A DNA stretch of 64,000 bases from Octopus vulgaris (GCA_951406725.2 OX597814.1:84010001-84074000), one strand, 5' to 3'; shown: positions 40,130 through 54,202, numbered from the stretch's first letter. Program-made: numbers and translations. The notes: generated by a model from the letters alone, not told the origin.

Positions 40130-40680
40130 CGACTAGACGCCTGTTATAGATCCATTTTGCTATTTGTATCATATCTTCGTCAAGTTGAGTACCACAAAAC
40201 ACACTCTGACGTGAAGTGATGATTGATATGAGGTCCTGTGTCACAGTCTGGAAATGTTGCACTCTTTCTATTGTCTTGTATATCTCTGTATAACCATAGA
40301 TTCTGATAATGGTCGCAGTGAAGGCGGATGTCGTGCAATTTTTGTCACCTAGAAAACTATTGGTATTGTTGTTATTTCTCTGTGTATTTGTTCTCTGTAT
40401 TTGGGTTGAGTTGAATAGACTGTGATTTCAGGTTGTTGCTGTACTAGTGCTCTTCTGTGATGTATATGTATTTGGGTGTCTGGAGGTGTTTCTATGTAGT
40501 GACAAGGGCTATAGGGGAGTAACTTTTGTGCAATAACATCCGGTGCTCTTTTCATATCCAACCGTTATAAAGCGTAGTGTGCTGTTTTGTATTCTTTGCA
40601 GTTTAAGGTGGTTCGTTGTGAAGAAACTGGTGGGTAAGGTAGGACTGACATAGTCTACAATGGATCTAATATATTGAACA
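40130..40680 (-). pseudogene. Degenerate I/Jockey-type LINE ORF2 3' fragment
   Basis: YIRSIVDYVSP...LQRIQNSTLRFIT (post-RT motif), plus a decayed zinc knuckle PDCDTGPH..HHF. Confidence 0.65.
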
Positions 40681-40890
40681 TCTCTGTTGTTGTTTCTGTC
40701 TGTTATCCAAATATAGTATCCAAAATAAGTATGTATAACCATGTCAAATTATCTACTTCATACACCGTTTTCAAATTCATCCAGAGTTTAATATTTTCAC
40801 TTCCACACTTGCTTTTCTCTTGACACTAATCATGTAGAATCATACTAAAGCTGTGTTACTGTTATGTCTTTCTAATATTTATCTCCCTTA

Positions 40891-41103
40891 AGGTGATGAG
40901 ATGACAGAATCGTTAGCACGACGGGCAAATGCTTAGCGGAATTTCGTCCGTCTTTAGGTTCTGAGTTCAAATTCCGCCGAGGTCGACTTTGCGTTTCATC
41001 CTTTCGAGGTCGATAAAGTAAGTATCAGTTGAGCAGCACTGATGTCGAGGTAATCGACTTCCCTCCTCCGAAATTACTAGCCTGGTGCTAAAATTTGAAA
41101 TCA
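40891..41103 (+). mobile_element. SINE family A
   Basis: Head, body and tail match the family. Confidence 0.8.
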
Positions 41104-41670
41104 ATATTTATCTTCTTTCTTTTAGCAAAACTTCTTTTATGGTCACCTTCATTTCAGTGCTGGATATTGATGGAATGATCTTCGGCCAATAACCCATCTC
41201 TGTATCCTCGGAATATGTAACTTCTTAACCGAAACGAAAATCAACTGGAAGAGTTGGTATGGCGGATTTACTATCACTGTCAAGTTCACTGCCATCTGAC
41301 TAGGAACCAATCAAAGAATGATCAGAACATTATCCATGTTGCATTACATGATACCTGATATATTGCACATCTGGTTAGTTAAAAGACAATCAGTGCTACA
41401 CAGTATCCAGAATACCAAAGCTTGTTCAACACAGAATCGAATCCAATCTGATACGATCCAGTGTCATCATTGACAGAACTCTTCGCCCAAACTTAGAAAG
41501 AATAGATCTGAAATTCCTCATTGTACTTTGTGAATAAGATCATCGATTCCTGAAAATTTACTCTGACGAAACTACTAATAGAACTCTTTAGAAATATGTT
41601 ATAATATGTAACAATATAATTTTATCTGCCCAACTGTATATAGGAAGATATAATACGGCCAAATGGTCTA

Positions 41671-41885
41671 CGAGAAGGTGCTGAAAAATTCCTGGATTTT
41701 CCTGTCGCAAAAGGCCTGACTGGAGACCCAACTTTCCAAGTTCCTTTACAGGGCTTAGAAAAACAGAAGGACCGCTGCAATAAGTGTGTGAATCTGAGAC
41801 TGGAATAATTTGAATAAAATTCATATTAACTGATTCTCCTGTAATTTTTTTTACTCAAAGCCAGGAATTTTTCAGCATCCCCTCG
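41671..41885. mobile_element. Tc1/mariner-type MITE (inverted relative to the 30214 copy)
   Basis: TA|CGAGAAGGTGCTGAAAAATTCCTGG ... CCAGGAATTTTTCAGCATCCCCTCG|CA. Confidence 0.75.
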
Positions 41886-42333
41886 CATAGAAATGTAGAC
41901 GTAGAGTACCTGAAGAGGTTTAATGACTACAATACACTCCCTCGCATCACACACAAATATATACACAAAATATGTTATTAGTTATAAAAATATAGTTTTG
42001 TTTCGGCTAAAGTTTGAATTCTTGAAATAATTTTGTAAGAAAAACATTTTTTTTTTTATCAAAGTTGCCATTTTACATAAGGTATAGTTTTTATTCCCTC
42101 GCGGACTACAGAAATATGTATTCTTTAAAGCTGACCAAATAACTGCTTAAACACAAACTATTCTGGTCTGCAGATGTTAACTCTTGTGAATGTTAATGTA
42201 GAAAAGTATTTTATAAAACTTACGAATATAGGAATCATTTGTTAATTAATGTCTACACTAACAGATGATACACCCATCACGTATACTCGTTTCGTAGAAA
42301 TAAATACGCTTAGAAATAAATAGATATAAATAA

Positions 42334-42564
42334 GGCGGCGAGCTGGCAGAAATGTTAGCACACCGGGCAATTTGCTAAGCGGTATTTCGTCTGCTGTTAC
42401 GTTCTGAGTTCAACTTCCGCCGAGGTCGACTTTGCCTTTCATCCTTTCGGGATCGATAAATTAAGTACCAGTTACGCACTGGGGTAGATGTAATCAACTT
42501 AATCCCTTTGTCTGTCCTTGTTTGTCCCCTCTATGTTTAGCCCCTTGTGGGCAATAAAGAAATA
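42334..42564 (+). mobile_element. tRNA-derived SINE family A, full-length example (Octopus-type)
   Basis: Head GGCGGCGAGCTGGCAGAA (A-box), GAGTTCAA..CC (B-box), body GGTCGACTTTGCCTTTCATCCTTTCGGG, A-rich tail. More than 25 copies occur in the window. Confidence 0.85.
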
Positions 42565-43519
42565 ATAAATAAATACGCTTCTCGAGTTATTCAATCGTTT
42601 GTAAGTTACTTAGCCATTGGTTTGTCGTGAAGTAATTCTTAAGATGCCTAGACATTTGTGGATTGTTTGTTATCACAGCAGTTGTTTTTCTTCCTTCTTA
42701 GTTGTGTTACAGTAGCTTCTATAACCTTTTATTGGAAAGATTTATTTAATCATTAATTTTATTATATTTTAGATATTTTGTTCAAATCTTTTGATCAGAT
42801 GTGTACATATATACGTACGCGCGCAGAAGCACACATAACATATTCATACACATCATTTAAACAAGTAACTGAATCAATGAATAAATGAATGAACGAATGT
42901 GTTAATAGATTCATTTTATATTCATTTTATTAGTAATTGTGTTGATTTAATAAACCTGCTGAGGCCTAACCTTGCTTGAATAGTAAGAAAATAAAGGAAA
43001 GAAAACACTTAGACGTCTGAAATTTAGCATAACACATTTCCCCGCAGTTTATCATGAAGCTGATGTTGTCTGATAGTCGTACCACTTACTCAGTCGTTAT
43101 CATAGTCTGACAGTTCTACCAAGCCATAAATTTTATAGCATTCTGGAAGAAGAATGCATATTTGTTTTTAATCATAATTATTTAATTCCATGGAAAACAT
43201 CTTCCAAAGTCCGACTATGTTGTCTTTCTCCACTGTTTCAGTGTAGCTAGTGATAATGCACATTAACTGGTCGCAACCAGTCCCCAGTGTTAATGAAATG
43301 ATAGAAATGACAGTAAAATGTCAATAACCAATTCGTGCGATAATTCTCTTTCTACTATATCTACAGCTATAGATGTAGATGTAGAAGAAAGAGGGCTTAG
43401 AAGGAGCCCTGGTCGATGGGCGGAAGGGTGTATGCTCTCTTGGCCAACACAAGGCATAGGTAAACATGGCCGGTTATTTAAGAATAGGGATGGGAAGAGC
43501 AAGTAAGCAGAGCTCTGGT

Positions 43520-43870
43520 TTTGCGCAACCACATGTTCAAAGGATGGCTCTGCAATACTTCGATATAAGAAATACAAGAGTTGTGGACAAAGACATTGGA
43601 GCTGACGTAGATCCGTGGCTCGTTGCTCTCATTACGCAATGTAGAGACAAGAAGCTTGCATGTAGGCGACATGCAGGATCAACAGGATGTGGAATGTGGA
43701 AACAGAGAATACTAGTAGTCGTTGGAGAAGTACAACTCATGAAAAAAGAACTGGAAAAGCTCATCAACCGAGTATCATCAATATTTCTGCAACCCAGAAG
43801 AGCACAAAATTTGGAATATTTAATTTAGGGCTTGATGCAGTTTGGATTCGGCCCTACAGGATATAAAACA
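43520..43870 (+). pseudogene. Probable Dong/R4 LINE 3' end (RLE-domain remnant)
   Basis: MWKQRILVVVGEVQLMKKELEKLI resembles the R4 C-terminal MW...PVVVGALG...K motif. It is followed by (CAA)/(TAA) repeats. Confidence 0.45.
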
Positions 43871-43899
43871 AGAGGTATAGCACAACAACAATAATAATA

Positions 43900-44875
43900 A
43901 TTCTTTATACTATAGGCACATGTCCTGAAATTTCGTGAGAAGTGGCTAATCGATAATATCGACTCCGGTGCTTAACTGATCGACACCGGAAGGATGAAAG
44001 GCAAAGTCGACCTCAGCAGAATTTGAACTCAGAATGTAAAGACAGGTGAAATGCCGCTAAGCATTCTACCCGGCGTGTTAACGATTCCGCCGCCTTAACA
44101 ATAATAATCTTTTCTACTCTAGGAACAAGGCCCGAAATTTTGGGGGAGGGAGCCAGTCGATTACATCGACTCCAGTACGCAAATGGTATTTAATTTATCG
44201 ATCCTGAAAGAATAAAAGGCCAATCGATATCGGCGGAATTTCAACTCAGAACGTAATACCTATTTTTTTTATTGCCCACAAGGGGATAAACATAGAGAGG
44301 AGAGACAAAGACAGACAAACGGATTAAGTCGATTATATCGACGCCAGTGCGTAACTGGTACTTATTTAATCGACCCCGAAAGGATGAAAGGTAAAGTCGA
44401 CCTCGGCGGTATTTGAACTCAGAACGTAACGACAGACGAAATACCTATTTCTTCACTACCCACACGGGGATAAACACAGAGAGGACAAAAAGGACAGATA
44501 AACGGATTAAGTCGATTATATCTACCCCAGTGCGTAACCGGTACTTATTTAATCGACCCCGAAAGGATGAAAGGCAAAGTCGACCTCGGCGGAATTTGAA
44601 CTCAGAACGTAACGGCAGACGAAATACGGCTACGCATTTCGCCCGGCGTGCCAACGTTTCTGCCAGCTCACCCACTTCTTACTAATAACAATATTAATAA
44701 TCATAATTATTATTTCTACACTAGGCACAAGGCCTTGAAAAGTTTTTGGGGAAAGGGGCTAGTCGATTACATCGACCCCAGTGAGTAATTGGTACTTGTT
44801 TCATCGACCCCGAAAGGATGAAAGGCAAGGTCGACCTCGGCGGAATTTGAATTCAGAACGTAGCAGTAGACGAAC
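43900..44875 (-). mobile_element. SINE family A cluster including a tandem trimer (44110-44675)
   Basis: Bodies repeat at about 172-184-nt spacing. Confidence 0.8.
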
Positions 44876-44933
<58 letters not shown>

Positions 44934-45487
44934 GCCCTGATGGAGTACCAGGCAGTGGCTCTCATGGCTTCTGATCTTAACTGATTGGATGTGTTATCAT
45001 GTACATTGTTTCGTCTTGGTATAAAAGATGGGCTACATCAAATATTCTGCTCAATACCACAGATTTGCTTGTCAGTTGTTTGACCTTAACCAGTTGAGCA
45101 TGTCCCTTATTGGCTGACGATATGTGCATCTCTGATCACGAGCAGAAGTAGTGGGGGAGCATCATAGCCATGTGTTGAGAGAGATTCTTTGGGGTTTGAA
45201 TAATTCACCTCTGGAAACATGGGCGGTTCTTTCAACATCCTCAAACAACCCTTATTCAGGGACCTTTTGAGCGGGATGGGCTACTCAACCTGAAGAAAAT
45301 TCTAAGTGGGCCCCACCTGCAAGGTCATGTGCTGTTTATCTTGATATGAGATCACCATGTCACGCACATATGGTTGTGATGCATGTGCCTGGTGTACCCT
45401 TATCAGACGGGTAGTCATGATGGGTATATTGGGATTCGTATATTTTACCCCAGTGTCACTTTGATGGCATGAACTGCTCTCTCACTC
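44934..45487. mobile_element. ~550-bp non-autonomous element inserted within a (TAA)n tract (Dong/R4-type target)
   Basis: Flanked on both sides by long (TAA)n. Partial second copy at 50645-50805. No ORF. Confidence 0.7.
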
Positions 45488-45577
<90 letters not shown>

Positions 45578-48079
45578 AAGAAGATGATGATGATAATGGT
45601 TTCAAATTTTGACGCAAGGTCAGCAATTTTAGGGAGAGGAGTAAGTCCATTATATACTCCAGGGGTCAACTGATACTTATTTTATCTACTCTGAAAGGAA
45701 GAAAGGCGAAGTCAGCCTCGGTGGAATTTGAACTCAAAACGTAAAGAGCATGAACAAATACCAAGAGGCCGTTGGTAATACAAGTTAAACAGGACTGGAC
45801 CCAGATATTAACACATTAGACAATGCTAATATTGGACACAATATAATTGAAGAATCAATCATTTTTGTTTTCGGAATAAATGGTCCCCAGTTATACGCTA
45901 CAGGGGACAAACATCTAGAAACAATATTTTTACACTGTACATAGGTTTACCAGAAAAAATGATGCGATATTAACAAGTATACTAACAATGCAAGTAATAC
46001 AAGCCAAAGAGAGATTTTAGAGAGGTTGCAGACATTCGAATTTAGAGTAAGAAAGAAGCGTGGTGGTAGTATGTCACAAAAGAGTGACCGAAGTATGTCA
46101 CAAGAACGTGTGTCTTCTCACAGAGGAGAAAAGTCACATGACTATTTCTGAAGGATGGAGATGGCTTCCACATGCCTTCAAAGGAAGAGATGAAGATAGC
46201 CTCAGACAATGTTTGACATTATAAGTTCTCTGTTTATAGAGTTGGAGCATATTGAGTGGGAGTGTATGTCTGCTTTTCGAAATTGAGAACGAGATAAGAA
46301 AGCAGATTGAACTGGTATACCACACACCTACTCAAAAATTAATGCCAAAGTAATAACATAAGGATGTCAGCACAGAACATTGGTGGTGATAATGACTTTG
46401 ATTTCGCTGTTACTTTCGCAATGGAGTATATGCAGGCGCTGACAACCGAAATAACACAGAATGACATGTGAAACTGCGCTAATGATGCCTGAACACCGTA
46501 GAGTAATCTCGGAGTTGTGTCTCATTGTGGGTGCAGGGAGAAAGACAATAATATTGGTGTTGCAGAGCAGAAAGCCTAACTGTTACACATTTAGCAGCAT
46601 GACCAATGGGAGAGTTTGTGAAGGAGCTGGAAAGGCAGAGAAAGTAAACAACAGTAGGTTTCAGTGGTTGATGTTTCCAGGGTACCACCAGATTTGAGAA
46701 AGAAATTGCCTCGTCCACAGTGCTATAACTGACGAACAGATGTCTCCTTACTTTGATCACAACCAGTACATCCTTTCTTAGGCGGATATTTTTCTCCAAA
46801 GTCATTCATATTCAACTCTTCCTGAAATCTTGCAATACAACATTCAAAACTAAAAATCATTTCCTGCAGGATTTGAACGCAGAACATGAAGGGACGTAAT
46901 TATAATTTTAATTACTAATTCAATGAATTTCGTGCATACAAAATGAAGGGCATGGGAAATAGGATTCGTCAAAAACCAAAAAATAAAGGTTGTTTTTTTT
47001 TTTGTATCGTAAATAACGCGTTCTTGTGTCTCATTGCTTAGAGTTCACATTTATGAATAGTGTCTTTATGCAGTTATTCCCACAAAGTGGCACACGCTCA
47101 AGGAAAAACACATAGATACGCACGCGCGCTTATACACACATTTAAACACATAAATCTCGGCAGGATGTGAAGTCAGAGCATAAAGGGACGTAACTAAATA
47201 CCGAAAACATTTCATTCATCGCTCTGCCGTCTATACCACTTCACCGCCTTCAATAATAATAATCATAATTTCTTTATAATATTTATTTATAATAACAATG
47301 GTTACAGCAGCAGCAGCAACAACAACTTAGCAACAATAGTAGGCCATATTTATTTTTCAAACATCTAAATGTTTCTTTCTTTTTCCTTCATTCTTCAACA
47401 AACGTTAGGCTTCAGCAAGTTTATTAAATCAACAAGATTAGTAGTAGAATGAATCTACTAAAACATTCATTCATTGCTCTGTTCATTCATTCTTTCATTC
47501 GTTCGTTTGCTTAATCGATGTTTGCGCGTATGTATGCACGCGCACGCGCATGTGTGTGTGTGTGTGTGTGTATTTAAGTGTATGTTGCTTTGTGAGTAAA
47601 CTATATAAAGACTCCATTCATAAACGTAAACCCTGAGCAACGAGCTATAAGAACACACGTCACTTTCTATGAAAAAACTTTCTTTTAGCGTATCCTAGTT
47701 CCCAAGCTCTTCATTTTACATGCACGAAGTCCATTGAATTGATGATTAAAAGGATAATGTCGTTGGTATAAACTGGTGGGAAAGAGGGAGGAAGAGAGAG
47801 AGAGAGAGAGAGGGGGAGAGAAATATTGTCCTTGTCTATTATAGAAACAATAGCACACCTGGTCTATAAGTTCCTGATTATCAGAGCTAAACTAAAGATA
47901 TACTAATGTCTCTGTTGCATGGCAATAAGTACCATGCTCTATTTCCTTATAGGTGTGCAGGGATGCCGAATACTTAAGAAGTTAGCTTTGCGATAATGAA
48001 GGTTTGCGATCGAACCCATTGTACGGCACCTGAGGCAAGTAAAAGATACTTTTAAAAGATACATCAGTTAATATTGATT

Positions 48080-48559
48080 TAAAAATTTTGGCATAAGGCC
48101 AGCAATTTCGGGGGAGGGGACTATTCGATTACATCAACTGGTACTTATTTTATGGATCCCGAAAGATGAAAGGCAAAATCGACCCCGGCGGAATTTGAAC
48201 TCAGAACGTAAAGACGGACGAAATGCTGCTAAGCATTTTGCTCGTCGTGCTAACGATTCTGCCAGCTTGCCGCCCTTACACCAGTTAGTATTAATTTTTT
48301 TTTATCATAGCATTGGTTCAATCTAATCTTTGTAAAATTTGGAAGACGAAAACTGAACCGGAAACCCTTCGATCAGATTGAACTTGTCACGTTTGTTGTT
48401 ACGCCGATCTTGCATATTTCCTTTAACGGTACCAATTAATTTCTCTGGTAAATTCTAACAATCAAACAACGTTATTGTTTTTTTTTTAACTATCAAAAAT
48501 CTTTCGGTTTATCTGGGCGGGAAGAAAAGTTTTGCCTCTATCCTTCCTCTTAACTGTGT

Positions 48560-48611
<52 letters not shown>

Positions 48612-49475
48612 TGGCGGTGATGGTTGTGGTGGGGAGAGTCAATTATATCGACCCTGGAACTTGACTGGTATTTAGTTAAGTCCTGGTCAATGTAATCGAT
48701 GGTTCCTGCTTCATATAATTTTCAAACTTGTACTTATATTTGAAATTATCATCAACATTATATTCTTTTCTACTCTTGGCACAAAGGCCAGAATTTTGGG
48801 GAAGGAGGCCAGTCGATTACATCGACCCCAGTACGCAACTGGTACTTAATTTATCGACCCCGAAAGGATGAAAAGCAAAGTCGACCTCGGCGCAATTTGA
48901 ACACAGAACGTAAAACCAGACGCCAAGCATTTCGCCCGGCGTGCTAACGTTTCTTATTTTTTACTGTCTACAAGGGGCTACACACAGAGGGGACAGACAA
49001 GGACAGACAAACGATCCCGACTGCGTAACTGGTACTTATTTAATCGACCCCGAAAGGATGAAAGCAAAGTTGACCTCTGCGGAATTTGAACTCGTCTGCC
49101 GGTACGTTCTGAGTTCAAATTCCGCCGAGGTCGACTTTGCCTTTCATCCTTTCGGGGTCGATTAAATAAATACCAGTTACGCACTCGGGATCGATGCAAT
49201 TGACTTGATCCCTTCCCCCAATTTTGAGGCATTGTGCTTCCAGTAGAAAATATCATTATTAGGGCGGCGAGCTGGCAGCATAGTTAGCACGCCGCGCAAA
49301 ATGCCTAGCGGCATTTCGTCCATCTTTACGTTCTGAGTTCAAATTCCGCTTAGGTCGACTTTTCCTTTCATCCTTTCGGGGGTCGATAAAACAATTACCA
49401 GTTCAGCACTGGAGTCGATGTAGTCGAGTTATTCCCGTTCCTGAAATTGCTGGCCTTGTACCAAAATTTGAAATG
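48080..49475. mobile_element. SINE family A cluster, mixed orientation
   Basis: Minus copies at 48080-48275 and 48765-49093; plus copies at 49094-49250 and 49262-49475. Confidence 0.8.
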
Positions 49476-49647
49476 ATAATAATAATTATTATTATTATCT
49501 GAATACCCGGATTCAACAAAATTCACGCTTGTAAAGTAGTTTTTCCACAAGAAACGTTATTGTCTTTTTTTTAACTATCAAAAATCGTTCGGTTTATCTG
49601 GGCGGGAAGAAAAGCTTGCCTCTACCCTTCCTCTTAACTGTGTAAGT

Positions 49648-49721
<74 letters not shown>

Positions 49722-50439
49722 GGGGTGCTGCTAAGTGGTAGGGTGTTGCACTCACGATCGTAAGCTTGTGGTTTCTATTCCTAGACTATATAATACGTCG
49801 TGTTCTTTTCCTGTTGCTCCAGTCCACTCTGCTGGCAAAAATGAGTAAATCTGCAACAAACCGGCGTCCCATCCGGGAAAGAAATATAAACGCCACTGAA
49901 TCCAGGAAACCAGCCTTATGGACCTTTAGACCTTTGATCCTCTATACACAATACATACACACACACACACACGGTTCAACATTGTACAAAAAAAGACAGA
50001 GACAGGTGAGAGAATAACAAACAATATGCATTAAGTTAACGCTCAAGAAAAATGGAAGTTTTTGACGTTTCGAATCTACGCCCTTCTGAAGAAAGGAATG
50101 AGGAGAGAAAACAGATGGAAAGAGGGGAAAAGGGCTTGTCTGAGTTAACGGTTGCACATGTTGAATTGACCGGAAGGAAGGAAGTGGTTGTTTCTCTCAA
50201 AATGGGTGCTTTCGTTGTAGTGGGAATAAGCGATAGTCATAGTAGTAATAGCATTCACACTATTGAGAAGAGTGTATAGGCCCCACCACCATCACCACCA
50301 CACGCACACACACGCACATACACCAAAAAGAATTATAAATAAAAGGGTGGGCTAAAAGTAAAACAGCAAACACAATTTTTTACACAAACATTTAATTCGA
50401 AAAGCACACTAATAGTAGTGAAAACGTAAATTACCCTAC

Positions 50440-50910
50440 ATGACAAAATCTTTACTTTTTTATGTCTTTAGTCGTAAGCGTTATTTCCTATTTGCTTCTA
50501 TCTAGAAATCAAAAGAAATTACTACTATTCCCTTCAAACTTTGCTTTTGTCGCCAAGAGATCAATGTTTTGAAACTGACCTATTTTCCATTACATTTCAG
50601 ACAGATTCAGCGCTGAGTTGCTCAAGTACAAATATCATTATAGTAAATATTCAGCTCAATACCACAGATTTGTTTGCCAGTTGCTTGACCAAAACCACTT
50701 GAGCATGCCCCTCAATGGCTGACAATATGTGCATTTCTAATCATGATCAAGTGTAGTGGAGGAGTATCGTAGCCATGTGTTGAAAAGTATTTTGGGGGCT
50801 TGAACAAATGTAACAAAAGCAAAGTTTGAAGGAAATATTAGCAATTTTTCATATATTGTAGGGGTAAGCAAATAGGAAGTAACCGTTGCTATTCGAGGAT
50901 GTAAAAAATC
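50440..50910. mobile_element. Foldback/MITE with long imperfect TIRs enclosing a fragment of the (TAA)n-targeted element
   Basis: GTTATTTCCTATTTGCTT...CCTTCAAACTTTGCTTTTGT versus ACAAAAGCAAAGTTTGAAGG...AAGCAAATAGGAAGTAAC. Internal 50645-50805 matches 45040-45200. Confidence 0.55.
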
Positions 50911-52265
50911 GTGTTACACAGTGTTATATGACAAAACGTAAAAAATAACGAGCACGCCAACAACAGCAAGTCATCTTTTGCTAGCAAGGCACACCTAGTG
51001 GAGATGTTGGACATGAGTCTGCCCCAAGCAAAAGAGAGAATGTTGTCGACAAAGAAAGTGCTTCTTACCAAACGATTTTATGCAGTAAAAGGAAAATAGG
51101 TGTGACATCCCTGTTTTACAAAAATCGGAGCTTCTATATACCCCTCAAAAGAAGAGTTATAGAAGGAGCTCTGGCCGATGTCTGGAAAGATGTATGCTCC
51201 CTTAACCGACTCTGGGTTTAGGTGTCAATAATTTAAGAATCAACCTCTTTACCAATGCCCCTATCTTTGACCCTTGAATTATATTACAGCACTATTCTGA
51301 GAGAAGGTATTGGGAAACCAATTCGGCTTATCACACCTGCTCGTCTTTGTTCTTGTAAACAAAGTACACACTCCTATATTTCCTTAGTGGAAGAAGATAC
51401 ATCACTCAAGATATTTAACAGCTTTTTCGAGGGTACATGGAAGTCCTCTCCGCTTTTCGTAAGACAGCGGTGTGTCAAAGGAAGAGAGTAGTCCAAACCG
51501 AGGTCGCAGTACCTCTCGTAACATTCCTCTCTCATAATCTTTTTTTTTTTTTTTTGGAGTGCTGGTCTATTTCGAGTGACTCCCATTGACTAGTAATGCT
51601 AGCAAAACTCATGCTATTATTACTAACGATATAAACAAAATTATTTTTGTGTCTTTTTGTTACAGTTTAAATGTTTTCTGTGCTTGCTTGTCTGGTGGAT
51701 GTTTACCGCCGTTACTTTGAGTAGAGAAAAAAGTAAGTTTTTAAGCATCTTTTTATTTTATATTCTCACATTCACTTCAGTATGATTTTTCATTCTAGGA
51801 GAGTGAGAAACGTCCCTCAAAAAGTAAAAATGAACATAACAAAACAGAGTACAAGATACCCTTGTTAAAAATGACATATACTATTTCAAATAAAAAAAAG
51901 TAACAGGTGAAACAAATTTACACGACACAAACAAAAGCAATGACAATGACAATTCTTTTGCTAGCATTACTTGCCAAAGAGACGTATGTATTACACATCG
52001 CTCAACTGCAAGAAAAAAAAATACAGCGACGAAAAGTGGTGTGCCACCAAGAAAAGTGGCTTCCTTGCTTGAGAGATTTATCTAAGAATGTGCAGAGATT
52101 ATGGTGACTTATCTCTGCATCGCAAACGAAGATGGTTAAATTTACCTTCAAAATAATAGCTTGAGAAGCCCTAAAGTCATGTTTCCTCTGTTGATATTGG
52201 AAGAATGTTCGAGAGTATATGCTTGGTCCAAAAAAATCAGTAGAACTGATGCTTCACACAACTCG

Positions 52266-52339
<74 letters not shown>

Positions 52340-52505
52340 CGTGCGTGCGAGTGCATGTGAATGGCTTTGTGGTTAATAAGTTTACTTCGCAATTACGAGG
52401 CTTCAGTTTCAGTTCCACTCTGTGGTAAATTTGGCAGACAGAAACACCAAGGAAGCTTGTAGTATACGCATTTATGTATGTATGTACATACATACAAGCA
52501 TACAG

Positions 52506-52540
<35 letters not shown>

Positions 52541-52551
52541 TACACACACAC

Positions 52552-52584
<33 letters not shown>

Positions 52585-54202
52585 TGTATGTATGTATGTA
52601 TGTATGTATGTATGTATGTATGGATATATGTGCGCTTGTGTGTGTGCGCGCTGTGTGTGTGCGCGCTGTGTGTGTTTGTCTAGGAATATGTATGTCTGTG
52701 TGTATGGACACACACAATTTTATGGTTATATACATACATAGATGCTAACAGACACCTCTATATGTGAACGTCTATTCTCACTCGCACGCACACATACACA
52801 GACACACACACAGACACACACATACACTCTCTCTCTCATACATACATATACACTCACGCGTGCCCGCGCTCACACACATCCACACACAGAGCTTTTGTAT
52901 GTATGTGAATACACACACATGGTTGTTCTATGTGTATTATCTTGTACTCATACTAACATTCACACAAAGTCCTGTCTCTCTGACGACAAACGCAGCAGGA
53001 TCCACAATTAAAGAAGTAAACGATAAAGTACATCCGTTGATGATTTTCAGATATTTACGCCAGGCAAAGGTCGTGAAACGAGTTATAAACGGAGTAATTC
53101 TGGTTTGGCAGGATTAGTTCTCGTCACGTTATAGACAACAACGTGTGATGGAACTGTTCACTTTTACAGTTGATTCGTTATTCTCAAAGCAATTTTACTG
53201 ACATCAGATAGGTGGAGTTAAATACGACAATGGAGATGGAAAATGAATTAGAAAATATTCATATATCATGCCTCGTATTTATTTTATATCATTCTAGTGT
53301 GAAATGGTCACGCAGACACATACACACATTTTGTTTGGTTAAATCACACGGTTTCAAACTTTTAACCTGTTTGAGATTGAGTTCTTCGTACTCATCGTTG
53401 CGTATTGGGAAAAGATCATGTTTTACGTTTTGTTCTCAGCGTATTGTTCGGGGGAGGTACGCTGTGCTTTCGGCATCTATAATAGCTAAATCACAACTAA
53501 GCTATATCCTTCCATGTACGAATTAAATAATCTTTACACAAATTAAAATAACCTCGAAGCAAATTAACATAATTTCTAAAATTAAAAGCAAGAAAAAATT
53601 AAAATGACTTAAAAGTATATCGAAAATTATGGAATGAATTAAATTGTAGATATTTAGGTAAAATATAGTCGGTAATCTGTGGTTGAAATGGTTTTAAATT
53701 CCTTTAAAATCTGAATTCATTTCATTTGATTTATATCTTCAATGTTGTGTTTACTTACGGATGATGACAGTCAGTCTAAAAGCAACAAGAGCTTGTTTCA
53801 AACAAGTACTTCTTTAAAGCGAGATGTCAAGCAGAAAGCCATGCAAGTAGAGAGGCATACAAGAACTTTGCACTCTTATACTTGTAGTGTGTGCAGACGA
53901 ACAACGAGAAGATTGTGAATCCATTTACTGCAGGATATGGTGTTAAGAATACAACAGTATATAATTAAACACGCAGAGATAGAGCATCATCTATGGGGAA
54001 AGGACAAAGTCAAGCTTGAAAATTAAGATATTGAATAATTTGTTGAGTTTGGTCAAACATGTAGCCACAATTATCATTGAAAAGCCCTAGCGAATATTTG
54101 CAATCAACGTATAGATTGACTATCCTAAAGATCTGTAGAAATTCAAGTTGATACTTGTTCAAGCAATATTACCAGTTAAAATTTAACTGTAATTTATTAT
54201 AA

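Noticed and set aside
51080-51560. Minus-strand ORF remnants as a LINE ORF1
   Set aside because: No identifiable motif; the family cannot be assigned by eye.
52960-53960. Repeat-poor stretch that might be a promoter or 5' UTR
   Set aside because: No diagnostic motif or ORF; it cannot be supported without RNA data.
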